Shown here piece by piece: positions 60,681 to 64,000 of a stretch of 64,000 nucleotides of DNA. Numbering within the stretch: the first letter of the stretch is position 1; every line of letters starts with the position of its first letter. Under the pieces are notes generated by a model. The model was given only the letters and a program-made list of their open reading frames with translations. It had not been told where the DNA came from and did no database searches. The translations under genes and the position numbers were made by a program. Origin of the DNA: Epithemia pelagica (lineage: Eukaryota; Protista; Bacillariophyta). The stretch lies in NCBI GenBank assembly GCA_946965045.2, contig OX337235.1, positions 2,108,001-2,172,000 on the forward strand, given 5' to 3'.

Positions 60681-62232
60681 ATGGGGAACGTCCATTACCA
60701 GCAAAGATTACGAAGTCTTTGGTTTCTCTTCGTTATTCTTTTCGGTGCTCTATGTATGAAACAGGCGGACGGAACTGAATCTCCGTTTGCTTGGTTTCCC
60801 CGTGAGAGACAAGATGGTTCGGCTACTTCACACCGACATTTGAGGAAAAAGGGTCGCGTTCAATCAGACCTTGATGATTGCTCGGTTTCCATTCTGGACG
60901 ATCGTCAATCTCAAGGCCCACCACCCTGTCGCCTTCCTGGAGATGAGGTATCAACAAGTATGTTCCTTTTGGCCTCATATGGACAAGATCATTTTGCTCT
61001 CACGGCTTACGTGTCCTTGCATCCTTCTTTCTACTCTTCTGGTTCTCTCAACAGTATACAACTACACAAAGCCAAAGCCTCCACCGAACCAACTTGAAAT
61101 AAAGGCTTATGTTGGCTCGAAGCCCAAAAAACCAAGCTTAACGACGATGACAACAGTCTTTGCGATCAGAGAGTGGTCGACGGAACTAACGAACATGAAT
61201 TTTAGGATGTATGGGGGTTATCAAGATAAATATCGTAAAGAAGTTGGCCCGCGGAGAGGCACTCCGTTTGAACGTCCAGAAGGAGGACCGATGGGAAATT
61301 CACAAATGCCTTCATCTAGTAGAGACCGGAACAGGGACAACAACAGGGGCAGTGGCGACCAAGACCGCAATGGTGGACGTAGTCGACGAAGAGTTAACAA
61401 TGTGCCTGCATACGAGCAGATTGGTTCCTCATCAAGTGCACTTCAAACCAGCAACACATCACAAACACTTGAGAATGTCACAAGCTCGACACGATCGCTA
61501 AACCGTGCACAGGTTTTTGACATGTATCACACCAAGAGTGAATCCGAAATGGTAGGGCGTTTCAAGTTTAGGTGGTGGTGGCTCATTCGAATCACGTTGG
61601 AGTGTTACTGGGACGATGATGAATCTAGTGTTGGTAATGCCGTAATGGTTGATATCCACGAAAATATGACCAGAGCCTTTGAGAGCAGAAAATATAACAT
61701 CGAAGAAGCCTTGCAAATGGCGACGAATGATCCAACCATTCGTGTAGGACTTAGTATGCCTAGCCAGGAAGAAGATGACCAAGACAGGGAACCGGCAGTG
61801 GCACCTACATCGGTGAAACCTGAACAATCTGATAGTTCATTAGATCCGAACGAATGGGACTGGCGCAAGTATCTGGGCATGGGCTTACTCCTCGCTACTT
61901 TGGTCTCGGTGGTTGCACTTCGCATCATGGCGACTCGAAGACAACGTGCGCGTGAGCACAAACACTTGTGGGGAAATCTCGCCTCGAAGGAAGGAGTTGA
62001 TGCGCTGCTCAACACAGCTTGGGTGCTGGACGGAAGCAAGATGCAGATTTATGACAAAACGAAGATGGGGTACAAGGACGACGATTCAATATTCTTGGGT
62101 GGTTATGAGCAACGTGAAGCAGTGGTTGGAGCTGAGATTACAGTGACGCATCCAATGACAGAGACCTCTCCCTCGGACCTACCTCGAACGTCGCCCTCGT
62201 TCCTTTCATCGAAGAAGTCGGATCCTGTTTGA
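60681..62232 (+). CDS. Single-pass membrane pre-pro-protein, family member C (RHL motif, Arg/Asn/Gly/Ser-rich spacer), 2 exons
   Basis: Phase-1 intron 60958-61054. Blocks LEIKAYVG, EWDWRKYLG-TM, WGNLASKEGV..LL..AW. Confidence 0.75.
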
Positions 62233-62562
62233 TAGGTTGCTCGTTGGTTCTAAATTCATGATTTATGTGGCTTTCTGTCTGACCGTGAACCTGTGAAAGA
62301 ATTTGTTCTTTTGTCATATCTTCAAGAAAAAGTCTTTGTAGGTGTTTCAGTTTGCGAGAACTCCAATGATCTGAGCTCATTAACCTTCATTCGATTGCGA
62401 GAAAGCATATTACCTATTCCTAGCAAGAATCATGAGATCTCTGAGTTGACAGCAAGGATGTCAGACAAGGCCATATCCCCTTCATCATTGCTCCCGTTGG
62501 CGCCTTTATGTCATGCTTATCTCATCATGTCAGTCTCAGAAGTCTATGTTGTGTGTGTGGTA

Positions 62563-63158
62563 AGGGCTGGGTAAGCCGATCCATGTTCGGCTAAGTAGGC
62601 TCAGTACATTAAGCTACGTAGTACTATTTTCATCACTGTAACAAGTGGGGCGAATGGTCCCACAAATCGAAAACTTGCTGCCACGAGAAACAATGCAATC
62701 CGGAAACCATCACTCGACAATGGTCGAAGAAATCACCCCCATGGCAATAACTTCATGGATAATTGAGCCTAACTGAATCACTTTTAGAATAATACTCTTG
62801 AATACTAGAGCAACTATGGTTTCAATTTGATTCAGTCACCGTTGAGAAATGAATGAGTTAGGAAGGTTTTTGGATTACATCACCAGTATACCTTTTGATC
62901 CAACGCGACAAATCTTCTGTAGCTGCAGAACACAGTAATACAAGCAAACTCAAACAACTTACAGTAGTAGGATGTTGATGCGATGCATCGGTAAATGCAT
63001 GCGGCATCAACGGATCTCGCCGTCATCGTGGAGTGTTTTTGCATTTTTTCGGACTTCCCACCATTTCAGGTATGACGTGTACTATGGGATTTTATGTACG
63101 CTACGTAGCTTTTGTACTGAACCTACTTAGCCGAACATGGATCGGCTTACCCAGCCCT
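62563..63158. mobile_element. Non-autonomous MITE (596 bp) with ~60-bp TIRs and TA target duplication (Tc1/mariner-type signature)
   Basis: TIR AGGGCTGGGTAAGCCGATCCATGTTCGGCTAAGTAGGYTCAGTACA has 1 mismatch in 46 bp; TA at 62561-62562 and 63159-63160. Confidence 0.9.
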
Positions 63159-63451
63159 TAGTGGGGAGATTTCGCAATTCGCGACTGAAAACCGGTTGAA
63201 GTTCCGTCGCGAGCTTGTAGGGACAATGATTACTTTTTTTAATTAAATGCGCTAGAGATACTCCTACCATTTATCTGATGCTACCATAGCCCTCTACTAG
63301 TACTGGGGGTACAAGCTATCCAAACAAAATTCGGGGGTGGTGGGTGGTGGTACAAGTCCTCGTCCTGATGAGTTGGTCGTCATTCGGCATCAACTTTTCC
63401 TCGGCAATGTCTGACACAATATCAAGTTGTTTGCACGCTCTGTCAAAGACG

Positions 63452-64000
63452 ATGAGGCCTCTGGTTGTAGCGGCAATCTGCTTTGCCGCACCACTTGTAG
63501 TCCATGCGTTACAATCTCTGCGTCGACCAGGCTTCAAAGGTTTGCACGGGTCGCGGGGTTTCCACAACAGCCATCAGCTTCCTGCACTTTTCTCAAGTGG
63601 CAATGTATGCGATGAGCCATCGAGTGTGGATTCACTTTTGTCCGATCTAGGAAACCAGCCTGATTCTGGAAAACTCCTTCGAGAGCTTTCCCTAACCGAT
63701 GCGGACGGTAAGAGTGTTCGTCTGGGTGACAAAATGGGCATGGAAAGGGCCATGGTGGTATTTCTTCGACATCTTGGGTGACGTAAGTTCTGGTTTCACG
63801 AAATGGCATCGCTGCATCGGGTGTTGTTTATAAATAACCAAAACATGTCTAACAGCCTTGTTTTCAGCCTACTGCTGGAGCTTTGCTAAGGAATGTTGCG
63901 AGCTCCAGCCCGAACTGTCGTCCCTTGGTGTTACAGGGCCAATTTTCATTTCCCTTGGAGACGCAGAGAAACTCAACAAATTCTTGGAAATCAACACCTT
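63452..64000 (+). CDS. Peroxiredoxin-like (AhpC/TSA_2, SelU/PRXL2 family) selenoprotein, partial; in-frame TGA read as Sec
   Basis: Signal-like N-terminus; VVFLRHLG-TGA-C|intron 63783-63867|CC-TAC-TGC gives FLRHLG-U-P-Y-C-WSFAKE; the frame stays open to the window end. Confidence 0.8.

Noticed and set aside
62561-63160. PIF/Harbinger (TAA/TTA TSD) assignment for the MITE
   Set aside because: The flanking 3-mers TAA and TTA are inverted, not direct, copies; only TA is a direct duplication.

Overview
Eukaryotic, intron-containing genomic DNA, most likely from a diatom (inferred from a nuclear cbbX with an ASAFVP bipartite plastid presequence, short GT-AG introns and a CoDi-like copia). Housekeeping genes include RabGGTase alpha, a PKG-architecture kinase, a frameshifted 2-hydroxyacid dehydrogenase, a methyltransferase, a HECT E3, FANCM, NAA40, a BMT5/DUF2431-like protein, cbbX and a UGA-containing SelU-like selenoprotein. 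Two paralog families are present: two TM/coiled-coil/cyclophilin-like proteins and three RxL-type single-pass membrane proteins with swapped repeat cassettes. Mobile DNA is dense: one full-length and two 5'-truncated CRE-group (RT + restriction-like endonuclease) non-LTR retroelements, a young but defective copia nested in a foldback element, and a TA-flanked MITE. The most unusual part is 47.6-52.8 kb. A ~4.9 kb intron-rich Crypton-like tyrosine-recombinase element, whose recombinase appears spliced onto a poly-Asn prion-like tail, seems to sit at the central TA of a palindrome. Next to it lies a 205-nt rod-like hairpin with five symmetric 5x5 internal loops that all share one motif. Several frameshifts fall in C/G homopolymers and may be sequencing errors. 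All assignments come from motif recognition by eye; no searches were run.
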